DNA of 64,000 nucleotides from Epiperipatus broadwayi (lineage: Eukaryota > Animalia > Onychophora). The translations under genes were made by a program, and so were the position numbers. The notes below the pieces were generated by a model that saw only the letters and a list, made by a program, of their open reading frames with translations, was not told where the DNA came from and did not search any database. Shown here one piece after another: positions 1-12,900 of the stretch. The DNA lies in assembly GCA_028023455.1 (NCBI GenBank), contig JAQFVV010000005.1, positions 17,298,001 to 17,362,000 on the forward strand, written 5' to 3'. Every line of letters starts with the position of its first letter. Position 1 is the stretch's first letter.

Positions 1-1056
1 TCTTTACTGCTTATGACCTGAGTAATGGTATGTACGTTCAATTGGTCTAAATTTTCCTAGGCCATCTTACTAATTCCTAAGATGTCAATATATAAAAGAT
101 CCATACCTGCATTAATCTGGAAATTAATATATTATTCTTTTTCTTTTATATAATATAAATGAGTTTATCTTGATATGCAATTCTTTCGACTGTTATAATT
201 TTTATATACATATGTATAATATCAGTACAATGTCCTAAAAATAGTTGCAATACATGAGAAATGTATTTTAGCACTTTCTAAGGCAAATTTACAATTTAAT
301 ATCACTAACCATTATTTAATGCAAAATAAGCAGATTAATATTTCATTATACTTCTGCTATAGTATAACTTTATAGGGTATATTAGAGGTTTAAACACTAA
401 TCCTCCATGTCAGAAAAGTAGCCTGAAATCAGATATAAAAAGCTTTATGCAGCTACAATTTTATAATGGATTTAAATTCAGCATTAGTATTAAACATTTT
501 AAATCATGCATGATGAGGCTCAGTTGTAGCTGAAACATATGTATTCATAGATATCAGTCTGCTTTTTTACATAAGATAATGTTTGCTCTGCATGATTTGG
601 TGCAGTGGGAGAATGGCAGAATCTGAAACTCCATGATTTGCAACTGTCATTTTCATTATTCAAACTTATGAACTTCCAAGTAATAATCATTTTATTTTAT
701 TTTATTTGTAAATCTAAATGATGATTAACAATCAAGTTTAAATTTGAGTTTGAAAGTACTAAAATAAGTTTTTGAATTATAGATACATATACATGAATCT
801 TAAAAAAAAACATATTCACAAATCTACATCTTAAAACACATCTATAAAAGCATAATGAATTTTATATAAATAAAATTAATTAAATAGATAATTAATTAAT
901 AAAAGGTAAGTGAAGAAATAAAAAACATTTAAGACAGATATAGTTGTTAGCTAAAGTCTACTCATGAACATATGGTATGTATACACACACGCACTCAATC
1001 TACTTGTGCATGTATATGTTCAATAAAATAAATTCAGAGTAAACAGGAGTTCTTAC

Positions 1057-1062
1057 CCTTGG
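1057..1062 (-). CDS. Candidate 6-nt microexon (CCA AGG, Pro-Arg)
   Basis: Minus strand tttttttatctgcctgcag|CCAAGG|gtaaga: consensus acceptor and donor 6 nt apart, frame-preserving, with TGC motifs next to the acceptor. Confidence 0.55.
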
Positions 1063-1686
1063 CTGCAGGCAGATAAAAAAATGTTATTCTAAATATTCTC
1101 CAAGATAATACCTTAGTTAATTGTAATAACATTTCATTACTATTAGTGAATGAAAAATTATTGTATTTCAACTGATTTTTAACTTCAAAAAAACAACAAC
1201 AACATCAACAAAAACTGTTCTATTCATAATGTAACAGCTTCGTTGAAACACAATACTTAAAAGATTTCAAGCAAAAAAATATTTAAAATCTAACACACAA
1301 TTTCACAGATTCAGTTTAAAAATGAACAAAATTTAAAGACAAACTTTTCTACAATTGTTAAATTGTATTAGTAATAAAAATAATATAAAAGAACAATTTT
1401 AGTTAATAATCTTATATATAAGAATAAAGTTATCTTTCTGTTATCTTAACATTATAGATAGAGATCATCTTTCTCCACTCATTATGGTAAAGGACAAATG
1501 CATCTGGAATATTGAAGCAGCTTCAATTTTTCACGTTATGTTATTAATACAATGCAGTGTTAGTCTTGACATTCTTATTAATTCATATATGCTGTGATTT
1601 TGTAACTGCATTCACACATATATGTATGCAAAAAGGTATACATATATACGTATGTATATATGCATATACAACTAAATTAATCTCAC

Positions 1687-1869
1687 CTTCTCCATCACAG
1701 GTACAGGTGTAACTACAGGTGTCCTCTCAGGATCCGCTGACTTGCCAACAAAGTTCTCCGCATTCTCCGAGACTTCCTCCTCTGCCTCCTCTGCGATGTC
1801 GGATAACTCTGACCGATCACTGCTATCGGTCTGGTAATCTGGACGAAAGTTGGACCGACCGTCTGGTTT
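1687..1869 (-). CDS. Host gene coding exon, 183 nt, KPDGRSNFRPDYQTDSSDRSELSDIAEEAEEEVSENAENFVGKSADPERTPVVTPVPVMEK; possibly RIM-binding protein (RIMBP/Rbp family) linker
   Basis: ttttactgtag|AAACCA...GAGAAG|gtgaga; 61 codons, phase 0. SELSDIAEEAEEE resembles, from memory, the SDLSDIxEExEEE motif of RIM-binding proteins between the FN3 and SH3 domains. Exon confidence is high; family identity about 0.5. Confidence 0.85.
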
Positions 1870-3100
1870 CTACAGTAAAATATACACAACGGATATTAAA
1901 GTTATGTTTGAAAAAGTCAAAAATACTGTCTAAAGCTGATGAAACTATATGAAACAGCTTCAAAGGAGCAGCTTTAGGCAGTGAGGAGGAAGTCGTCAGA
2001 GTTCGGGAGGTAAACCAGACATAATCAAAAGTTCCACAACATGAAGGAATTTGGGTAGTTACGTTTTGAATGAAATACATATAAAAACATTTACAAAGGA
2101 ATAAATACACTGCAGAGTGATGGAGAAGCATAAGATAGAATACACTTGAGAAAAAGACAACAGAAAGGACAGCAGATAAAATAAAACATTATGTTAAACA
2201 ATTTTTAATTAAGACCGGTTCACATCTACAAAAATATTGGTGACTTGATTAAAGATGATACCTTTTAGCATTTATGACTAAGAAAACTAAAAAATGATTA
2301 AGATATACATTATTCAGTGATCAAAATACTTATATGTTTTTTTCTTTCTTATGTTTTCCATATTTGATAAATAATTGCATGGTTAATTTTTTTTCCAAAA
2401 TTTGCTTTTGAATTACACACAAATCATTTAAAGTTTAAACTTATTAATGTAGCAATTAATTCTAAATATATTATTACAGTAATTCACAAGTCAGATTTGT
2501 AAAATTTGTAAAAAAAACATTTTTAACAAATTTGTAAGCAATGTCCACTTTCTTAGGCCATATTTTATATGATCAATAGAATGGCACTGTTATGGAAAAG
2601 TGATCCATTGTTTGCAAGTTTATTAAAAAATGATTCTTTAGGAATATAACTTGTAAATTATTGCAGTAACATTTTGCATAATTGCTCTGTAAATAAGTCT
2701 GTATTTTTTGCATTATATATTTAACCACAATAATTAATTTATGGTTTATTAAAAGATCATATAGATTTACACATTTCATTAAATATCTTCCATATAACTA
2801 CTATTCATACATAAGCTAATATATATATATGCGCTGTTTGTACAGATAATGAAGCTAGAATGTATATATTTACAAGCGAAATTTTAATTTACTAAAATAT
2901 AAACTATTAAATTAAAGCACTACTTAAGTTTTTAAAAAATCATTATATAAAGTATAAAATTATAACAAAATATCACCGAATCTTCTAGTTTAACCAGTAA
3001 GACAAAAGCAAGCTCTCTCCTTTATTGCCATATAGTGTATGCTGAAATAATCAATGATTACCAGATAAATATATTCTACAAATATTTATTTCTTTTCTTC

Positions 3101-4226
3101 ATTTATATTGTAATTCTATCATAAGCATTTTACCTGCTCATAAAGAAAAAAATTATTTTGTTTTAAACTTTCAATATATAGTTGATAATGCTTTCTGCCT
3201 AGTTGGTCAAATTCATAGCGCTCAAGCTCAATAAAATAGTGGGATAATTTGCAGTATCATATTAACAAAATTTGCAGAAGCTATTATCCCTAAATATGGT
3301 CCATTGAATCTAATTAATTCTGCATGCAGCTTAATCATAGAATGATTGTCCCATCCCAATTTGCACACACATTGCACAAACTTGCAAGCTTTAATTTTTT
3401 TTTGTATAAAAATTTAAGACTACGTAAATCTGAAGCGGATTATAAGGCCAATATTGAAGTTTATATTAAAGACTTGGTAAAAATAGGCTATAATTATAAT
3501 GCTTTGGTCAGAACACTCAATAAATTCTATTTCAAAATAAATACTCATCCCCCAGATCCCAATAATACAAATCACTGGATAAGTCTTCTTTTCATGCCTG
3601 GGATATTGTATCGTTTATGTAATATATATTTTAACACTTTCAACATCAGTTTTTGGACACCTCCCAATCTAAATAAGCCTATAAAGAACATCAAAGATAG
3701 ATTGCCTCCAAATTAAGTCCTTATAGGATTGATTGCAACAATTCTGCTTGCAATGCAATTTATTATGGGGAGTCGTGCACTAATATTGTCATGACATTAG
3801 CACAGCATACATACCTTTACAATTACATGAAAAACAATCCTAGTATTAAGTCAGTGTTCATTGAGTATAAAATAAACTCTGTCTAAAGCTTCAACCTGCA
3901 AAAGTTAATGTAATGTGTGCTGAATGCAATGATCAAAAGAGAAAGTTCAAAGAGGCATGGTACATCGCTAATGACTCCCATGCGATTAACAAAAAACTCT
4001 TACATCGCTTTGTTTAAAAAGTTGAATATGTAAATATATAAATTTGCATTAATGCTTGCTGGATTCATATTATCAACTCATCATGAACTTTAGCCACTGA
4101 GTTTAAGCGCTAAGAATTTGACCAACTAGGCCAAAAGCATGCTCAGTTGTATATTGAAAGTTTAAAACAAAATAAACTTTTGTTTATGAGTGGGTAAATC
4201 ACTTATAATAGAATTATAGATTAATA
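3101..4226 (+). mobile_element. Penelope-like element 3' relic (RT thumb/linker and GIY-YIG endonuclease) with inverted termini
   Basis: ORF 3324-3716 ends ...FWTPPNLNKPIKNIKD; a frameshifted continuation reads YRIDCNNSACNAIYYGESC (GIY-YIG-like). About 130-bp imperfect inverted repeat 3101-3230 / 4098-4226. Confidence 0.75.
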
Positions 4227-5502
4227 TAATTTCCTATCATTAGTATTTGAACCCCCATTCTTAGATTAATTTGAAAATTTTGTCTTTATCAATGAGACCT
4301 AGCATTGAAAGTTGGAAGGAATTCATATATACATTCAACATCCATTTTTAACTCCACTTTACTTATCAAGTTTAAAATCAGTCTAAGATTTTGAACCCAA
4401 GTCAGCTTCCTTGAACAGTTATAAAGTTCTAAACAGCATATATACATTTTAGTACCTTCAGTTTTTCATTAACTATAAGCACCTTATTTCTCTGGTTAGA
4501 ATGTTGAAAAAATACCACCAAACACACATAATGACTAATAAAATAAAAGCAGCCCCCCATTTTATTGTTACTTAATTTAAGCTAATGTAACCAGTGATTA
4601 TCAAATCATATATCATTCCTCAACAGAAAAAGACAAAAATCAAAAATTGGCCTGAAGATGTGGATTCAAATATTAATGATAGGAAATATATGCATCTGGT
4701 AATCTCTGATTATTCTAACTTACCCTAGATAGCAGAAAAGTGGTGAGCTAACTTGTTAGCTAAGCTAGATAGTTTAGTGATAATTTACTACATTTCTAGC
4801 CAAGAAAATAAGGTGCCTACAGTTAATGAATGACTGAAGGTATTAAAATATATAGTTGGTAAACTAGTTTCAGATCTATACAACTATTCAAGCAGATTGA
4901 TTTGGTTTTAAACTTAGGCTGAATTGAATTATAAGTTTTAAGTTTAACATTTAAAGTGAGGTGGTTGTTAAATGCATATACACATTCTTTCCAACTTCGA
5001 AATTCCAGGCCTTATTAATAAAGACAAAACCTAGAAACCTATTTGAGGATGGGATTCAAGTATTAAAAACAGTAATTATATTTGCATTATGCAAACATGG
5101 ATTACATTAATTGGTTCTAATTTGCAATTCAAATTTCAATAGTTTAATCAACTATAATATATTAAGAATTAATGTAGGATACACTGAATTTCAATGGCTT
5201 ATTAGAAATGATCACAAGTTCCAAGAACGCTGTACTCCTAAGGCAGTGTGATATAAAAATTAATCACTCAACAACAATTTTCAAAGGCAAGACATTTATT
5301 ATTATTGATATGTTTCAATTATTTTAGTCAGATATCTTCAGCCTACACAATATTAAACTATTATAACTGATCCTATGCTGAAAACGGAAGATAATCAATT
5401 AAAATAAAATTTAGCAACAAGTCTAAAGCACACACAAAAATACACATGCACTTTTGGAGTAATTTTAGTCTAAAGGAAAACTTGAAGACTAAGTAAAAGC
5501 AC

Positions 5503-5572
5503 TTAGAGTATAATTCAGCGACAGAGCGTTTGATTGTAAATTGAGATGACCTAAATTCAAATCAGAGTACCC
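5503..5572 (+). mobile_element. Decayed tRNA-derived SINE head
   Basis: taattcagcga-cagagcg-tttgattgtaaatt...ttcaaatc resembles A box, anticodon arm and B box. Confidence 0.4.
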
Positions 5573-8214
5573 CCAGTATCAGCTAATTGCTTGTGCAATT
5601 TAATGCAGTGATAGAATGGTGGATTTAAAGCTGAAGACCCCAGGAATTATTTTCAGCTCAAAACATAGAGAAAAAAATATTTGGCCCAGATTAACTGAAT
5701 TAATAATTGATTATTTAATTGTTAAATGAGCAATTAATATCTATGGGCATATAATATTAATATTTTTGTAATAAAAATATGCAAACACATTCATATATAA
5801 TAAATTTATCACAATTAAAAGATAAACTATGGCTTCAATGACTGCAGGAGTATCCAACTTTCAATTTCCACTACAATGTTGCATTATATTACAACTGTAT
5901 TTTTGTTCTTGGTATCAGAAGACCACTTATCTAACAAATCCAGATTAACTTGGAATCTTTATTAACTAGCTAATAACAGTTAGATACTCACTGATTAACC
6001 AATATTGGATGATTATCTACATTTTATATAGGGCATCTATATATCTTCTAAACCTACTTGTGATCTAAAAAATAATTTCCAAGGTTTGCATAGACTAGAT
6101 TCAAATTCAAATTGTGGGTATAACAGATGAATCTGTAATCACTGCAAGCATGAAACTCTATGCCAAATTCATAAAGCTGTGATTTAATGAGGTGGTTAAT
6201 TGTCATAAAGAATAATGTATGCTGATGAAATACATACTGAGTGCTCGGACATTATAGCTTTCTATAACCTTTTCCATGGTAAATTATAATGGGAACTGAA
6301 AATTACCGACTATTAATGCTGACTTCATTTTTGTTGTACATTTGTGATTAATCAATACTACATCAACAACTGTAATCATGACAATATGAAAGTGTATGTA
6401 AATTAGAAGTTATTCAACAGTCCAATCAAAACTGTAAAATTAAAAAATTAAATAAAGCTTTTGAAAAAAGCTCTGGAGAATACTGTAACACAATTGAAAG
6501 TGTAAGGCATAATAGATAGAAAAAAGATTTAAAATAAAATTTGTTAACAATCAAAATCGTAAGATTTAGGAATAATATAAAACAATGTGAAGAATGCATA
6601 AAAAAACAATTTTTTAGAGATTTAATTAATATAAAAGTTTATTTAAATAGATATTGCTGAAGGCAAACCCAATATTAACCAGTCAATTAAAATTGGATGA
6701 AGGTTTTTTTTTCTCTTATCATATCATCTAATTTACAATAGCTTGATATTTAATAACCAACCAATAATTAAACAACTATAGATTAACTATCTAAAAATTC
6801 TAAGTTTGATCTAGATTCAATCTCCAGGTTGAAAACATGACAGGTAAATGTACAAACTAATCCATTATAAGAAAAAAAATTAGAAGAAACCAGTAAACAT
6901 TTGTTACACTTTTACCCTTCTGAACTAATTACGATAATGAACTTTCTGCTCAATAAAAAAGTTAAAATATACAGAACTTAAAGAAAATAATCGGGACACT
7001 TATGATCTTTATTAATTGATGTAATGTCATCATCAAAAATTATACTGATCCTAAATGAATGAATGATAATGATATAATGTTTCCACGCTCAAGAAAATAC
7101 CAAAATCTATTCCCATTAGTAAAATATTTCTAAGTTTTTTGAACAATGTTAGTAACAAATATGATCATGTTACTCATAAAATCTGTCACCTAGACAAAAT
7201 AAAAATTGAATCTGTAATTTTGGGGGATTCGGGAAAGGTGTAATATTACCTCATGTTTCCTATAAGGATTTGTGACTATGAGCTGTACTAATTAGAGAAT
7301 CCTTATCTTAGAAAATAACCACAATTGACAATGACATTTATATTATGTGACAAACCGGATTCCATCTTTCCTTCTCCAATATCAAAGAGTCTACAGCTAT
7401 AATATATTCATGCCAAGAGTTAATTGGAATAATCAGTTCCGCCATAGTGGGATAATATAGTCCAATTAATATATATATTCTGTTTTTAAATTTCATAATG
7501 TTACTCCCAATTCTCATGGCATTTTTTTTACTTAGTTAATATCTTAAATTTTATTCTTGTATATTTCTCTAAATAATAGTTGATATAAAGCTGTTATAAT
7601 ATATAATTACTTTTTAGTACTAGACCACAATAGCTATACAAAAAAGTTGTCTACTTCTCGCTGGTGAAAGCTGATAGCGAACAACTAGTCTGGAGATTAG
7701 TTGATATTGTTATTGGGATCCATTGATCATTCATGCTTACAGAGATGGGTCTAATATAATTAAGGCCTGCTGGTCTTAATGCAAGGTGCATTAGTACTTG
7801 ATGCTTAATTACCACAGCATTAGCAATATGTATAAGTGACAGATTACTTTTTTATAATGACTATTTTATTGACAAGATTTTGACACTGGCTAAATTAACA
7901 TTTCTATTTTATTCCTTTCTGATTTTTAAGAATGAAACTCAACATGGTTTTTATCATCAAAAATAAGATCACAATTAGAAGATGTAAAAAAAATTGGGCG
8001 CCACTCACTAAGTGACATTTGATGGTTATATAAGAAATCATTTAAATTTTGTAATTTTCATGACTATTAATCAAGTATAACATTTAAAAGACTTCTAAAA
8101 ATCCTCTAAAAACTTTCATAACTAACTTTCTCCATATATATACAGATACTGACAAATATTACATGATACTAGTTTCAAACTAAAATTATTATTATTTTTT
8201 TCTCAAGTGTCATA

Positions 8215-8294
8215 GCATCAGCCGGGAAACGAACCCACTATCCCGGGACAACTGCTTGTAAAGCAACTGTCGCTGACCTCTCGACCATCAATGC
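8215..8294 (-). pseudogene. tRNA-like sequence (Val-TAC anticodon arm); tRNA pseudogene or SINE head
   Basis: GCATTGA-TG-GTCG(AGAGGTCAG)CGAC-A-GTTGC(TTTACAA)GCAGT-TGTC-CCGGG[ATAGTGGG]TTCGTTT-CCCGG-CTGATGC: cloverleaf with A and B boxes but an 8-nt insertion in the T arm. Confidence 0.6.
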
Positions 8295-9549
8295 TTGACA
8301 AACTATTATTAAATAACAATTAAAACTACATAAGCATGCTTTTAGTTAATAAGAAGGAATCATTCTCAAATGTATATAATAAGAAAAATGCTTTTCTTAA
8401 AGAATTTGTCTATTCTTTAATTAATCAATATTTTCTATCATAATATCTCAAAATTATATAATATACAGTTGAAAATGATAACATTCATAATAACTGAAAA
8501 TATGCTTTACTATGTCTATTCAGTGTAATATCTTAAAATTATATATATATATATAGTTGAAAAGGATAATATTCAAACTAAAAACATTATTCTAAAGTGT
8601 TATTTAATGATATCTTTAGATTGTATTATATTTACTACACATATATTTGTCATGATTTATATTATATGGATGTCATATATATAGTGATTGGTCAGTTTTT
8701 TAGTATCTAACATTGGTTTCATGTATTATTAGATGGCTATATCACTCCAGATATACATGCATACATGTGTGTGCAGTAAACATTAATAAAATCAAAGAAG
8801 TTTGTACCTATATATAAATTTATAATAGAATATATTAAATCAATTGTTTATTGCTCTGGAATTCATAAGAAGTTTGAGCCCTGGAAGTGACAGAGTTGGG
8901 TTGTCATCCATGGAGCTTCAGCTTCAAAATATGATGCTGGACTATTGTGTCAAATAATGACAGATATCAATGCAAAGAAAACACACTGACTACTAATTAT
9001 ATGTATTTCATTCTGCATCAGAAACTTATTCAGGTTTCTGCAAGAGCCAAATATTAGATTTCAAACAATGCACAGATATAGAGATGTTCACAATATTTAA
9101 ATTAAAATGCATAATTTTAATTAGGAATAAAAAATAAATCAAACACTCTTTGAACAGCCCTAGATGTATTATGTAAATGATAAGCAAGGATATTTGAATG
9201 AATTTCCTGTTGTGAAACAAAATACATACAGTGATGAATAAATAGTCAGTAACTTTTTGATTGTGTTGATATGTCTGACTATTATAAATTTATTTATTTA
9301 TTCTCTTCTTCGATTTGATTAATTATTTCATAATACACTATTTACCTAAATCTATGTTCCTTTCATGATAAATATATATAAACTTTAAAAAATAAAATAA
9401 AAATACTAATCAATAAATTCATAAATGTTACAATCAGCAGCATCAGCTACATGTAAATGAGTAAAGCCATTCCAACTTCAAGGGAAAAAAGATTCATTAC
9501 CTACAAATAAATTTTTCAATACATATACACAACAATCTGTAAACTACAA

Positions 9550-10690
9550 ATACATTCATAACATAAAACAAGCTGATTCACTTTTCTGTTTATTTAATAT
9601 TTTGTGATGCTGCTTTTTAACTTCTGAAAAAAACTTGGCTTTCTGAAATACTTCAACACTATATCTAATTGTAGCACTCCAACATATTTCCATTATCTGT
9701 TATATTTTCTCAATAGAACCGATCACTATTATACATTTTTAAAATGTCTTGTTAATCCTTATAATGTACATGAAGTCTATTTCTCCCATGAAAACCATGC
9801 TCAAATTCAACATTTTAAACATTCTTTTAGGAAGTATTATATTATTCACTTGTTTTACATATCCAATTCAAGAAAAGTTTTATTTTTACACAATTCAAGA
9901 ACATATTAATTGGTTTTATGATTTTATGTTGTATTTTTAAAATGTTATTGAGCACCTTTAAATAAATACTTCTAATGCTTTTACGTTGCATTGACACTTC
10001 CATATATTAAATAAAATAACACTTTTATATATAGTTATTTTAGTTGCAGCAACTATTTCTGTGATGAAATACTCTTTCATTTAATATGTTATAAACTGTA
10101 GCGTATTAGAGTTTAAGAAATTCAGCATCCAAGTCTACCTATAGCTAAGATTAATTAATTGGTTTACATTCTCAAGATGCTAATCATCCAAGCAAAAATT
10201 GGTGAGAATTTTTCTTCCATCACTGACTGATAAAGAATTTGACTTTTCTGCACATAAATTATTAAACCAAAATCATTATATGTTGCATTCAAAACATTAA
10301 ATACTTTCTATAAACCATTTTTTGAATTGATAAAAATTGCACAACCACCAGCATATTGCAAATAAAAAATTAAGATAATGTTTTTGTTTTATTTTTAAGG
10401 AACTCAAATTAAAAATTCCACCATTGAATCTGTATTACAACCTGAACCGTGTATCCTTAGGCCATTTATAAACAGTTTCAAAAATCACTTTCATTAAAAT
10501 TGAAAACAATATTCAAGCAAGAACACACTCTTCTTTAACAGTAGTTTTCATTTCAACTGCTTCAGATTTTCCATTGATGGCAATAATCCTTCCTTCCATA
10601 CCATCATGTAAAAGTTGTATAATATGATTAAACTTTAGGGGACAACCAATTTCAAACAAAGCCATAATTAGCATTCATATTTGCAGGTCA
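9550..10690 (-). mobile_element. RTE-BovB-like LINE relic
   Basis: Minus-strand translation IGCPLKFNHIIQLLHDGMEG..VKEECVLA..YRFNGGIFNL matches the RTE-BovB RT pattern; many stops. Confidence 0.7.
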
Positions 10691-10740
10691 TTCTACTATC
10701 CACCACCTGTGGAGACTTGGTACACCAATCGGTTCATGAT

Positions 10741-12900
10741 GAAGTAAGAGTGTATCTCTAGAGAAGAATTAGAGACAATATTACATATGTAAAGGATATA
10801 GAAAAGATGTTAGATGTGAAACACAGAGTGATAACAAACATAAAAGCATATAGTAAAGGAAATATTAGATTTGAAGAAAATGAATTGAATGAAGCAGGGA
10901 AGAAATTGAAAAGTGGAAAGGCAGGAAGTTTAGATGGATGGGCAGCAGGGCTGGTAATGAATTTAGGAAGTAGGACAAAATTAAATCTGTTATCATGTTT
11001 TAATAAAATAGCATAGAAGAGAGAATTTCCAGATAGCTGGAATAATACAAGGGTAAGGCTATTATTTAAAGGATAAAGTAAGGATCATAGAAATATAAAC
11101 AATTATAGACTGATAACAATAATGTCAATATTAAATAAAGTTTTTGCATATATGGTGACTGGAAGGGTGGAAAAATGGATGGAAGAAAATAATATAGTAG
11201 AAAAAATGGAAGGAAGTTTTTAATCAGATAGGTATATAGGAAATAGTTTATTTGTAGTCACACAATTTGTAGATATGAATAGGAATACAGGAAACAGGTA
11301 GAGTTATATATGATCTTTATAGATATAGAAAAGGCATACAATAGAGTAAATAGAAATAGATTATGGGTAAGTTTAGTAAATTTGGGAATGAACAGAGCTT
11401 TAGTGGATCTTATTAAGAGATCGTATGAAAATAATTATTATACGTATCAATTAGGAAATGTAGAATCGGTTAGAGTTAAAAGTGGGGTGGGACTAAGGCA
11501 AGAATGCACTGTCACCTATTTTGTTTTGTTATATTTGAGAGAAATGAAGAGAGTAATAGAAAAACTAAAAAGAGGGGTAGAAATGTGATTAATAGATGAC
11601 AAGGGAGTTATCAGGTCTTTTATTTGCTAATGATATCTTCTTGTGCACAGAAAAATGAAGATATGGGGATTAAATTTATTGAAAAGAAAAATCAAAAGAA
11701 ATGATGATAAATGCTGGGAAAAGAGAAGAGAAAGAATTTTTATTGGAGGATATACAGCTAAATGTGGTGAATAAGTATAACTATTTGGCAATCGTCTTAA
11801 GTAATTAGAGAAATTGTTTGGATGAATGAGAGATAAAATTAATAAATGAAGCAAAGAAAAGAAAAGGGTCTGATAAAGAAATTAACAGTGTTTTCATATA
11901 ATAAATATGATGTAGCAAGAAGTGTATGGAAGGGAGTGGCAATAGCAGAGTTAACTTATGGTAACAATGCATTGGGTGTTAGTAAAAGGATGTTAGATTA
12001 CTTAGAAAAAGCACAAAGATTAATTAGAAAGATATGCATTAGTTGCAGATGTGTGGATGGCAAAGGAGGCAATTCAAGGAGAAATGGGTTAGTTGTTTTT
12101 ATATGAGAGATGCAAAAAGCAAAATGAAAATGTTCAGTATATTGCAATTTATAGATAATAATCAAAATAGTATTTAATTGGGTTATAAGTAAACGACAGG
12201 CAACAAGATGGGTGAGAAAGGTAATATAGTAGGCAGAAGATTTGGATAAAGACTTTGTGTCAGTAACTTATACAAAAGGTAGGATAATTGTGTTAGGAGA
12301 ATTGTTGAGTGTTATAGTGGTAAGGAATGAGATAGAAAAATAGATGCATTAATAAAAAATAGGGAATTGGAGAAATAATATGGAGAGTAAATTTAAATAT
12401 ACATATAAGTAAACAGAATACTGGGTGTGAGTTAATTTATGATAATAGCAAGGAAAGTAGTTTACGGTTTGAGGATCAAACAGGATTGTTAGAAATAAGG
12501 AATATACACATAAATAGAGAAATATGGATGATTTAGTCTGCAAGTTATGTAAGGAAGGCATGGAAAATATTAGGCATCTGTTAATTGAATGTAAATGCTT
12601 ACAAGCAGAAAGTGTACAAATAATGAAGTTGTGGAAGAATAAATATAAACAAAATGATTATACAGAAAGTGGGTTCTTGGTTTTTATGCTGAGTTTAAAA
12701 AAGATAATGGGGATTTGTATATAAAGGCCATAGAGTGGACAAAGATAATGTTGTGGAAATGGGTTGGAGCAGGGTAGAGAAGAATATGGGAAAAACTAGG
12801 CAGGGAATGGAAAGACAAGATAAAATGGCTAACAGGTTTCTCTGGGCATAGGGCTGAAAGATTCCTGACTCTGAGAAAGGAGAAGCCATAATGCATTGCA
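10741..12900 (+). mobile_element. LINE RT relic, clade not assigned, 5'-truncated
   Basis: KAGSLDG, FPDSW, NYRLITI, FIDIEKAYNRVNR, GLRQEC, WKGVAIAELTYGN, C-terminal CKLC..H.LIEC zinc finger. Confidence 0.85.

Noticed and set aside
107-116. 10-nt candidate microexon (ccag|ATTAATGCAG|gtatgg)
   Set aside because: Not a multiple of 3, and the upstream sequence is purine-rich.
1719-2131. ORF-track ORFs 1719-1952 (+) and 1823-2131 (-) as genes
   Set aside because: Shadows of the real exon: one is antisense, the other is out of frame and stops inside the exon.
8215-8294. Functional tRNA-Val gene
   Set aside because: 8-nt insertion in the T arm, a mismatch in the acceptor stem and a weak anticodon stem.
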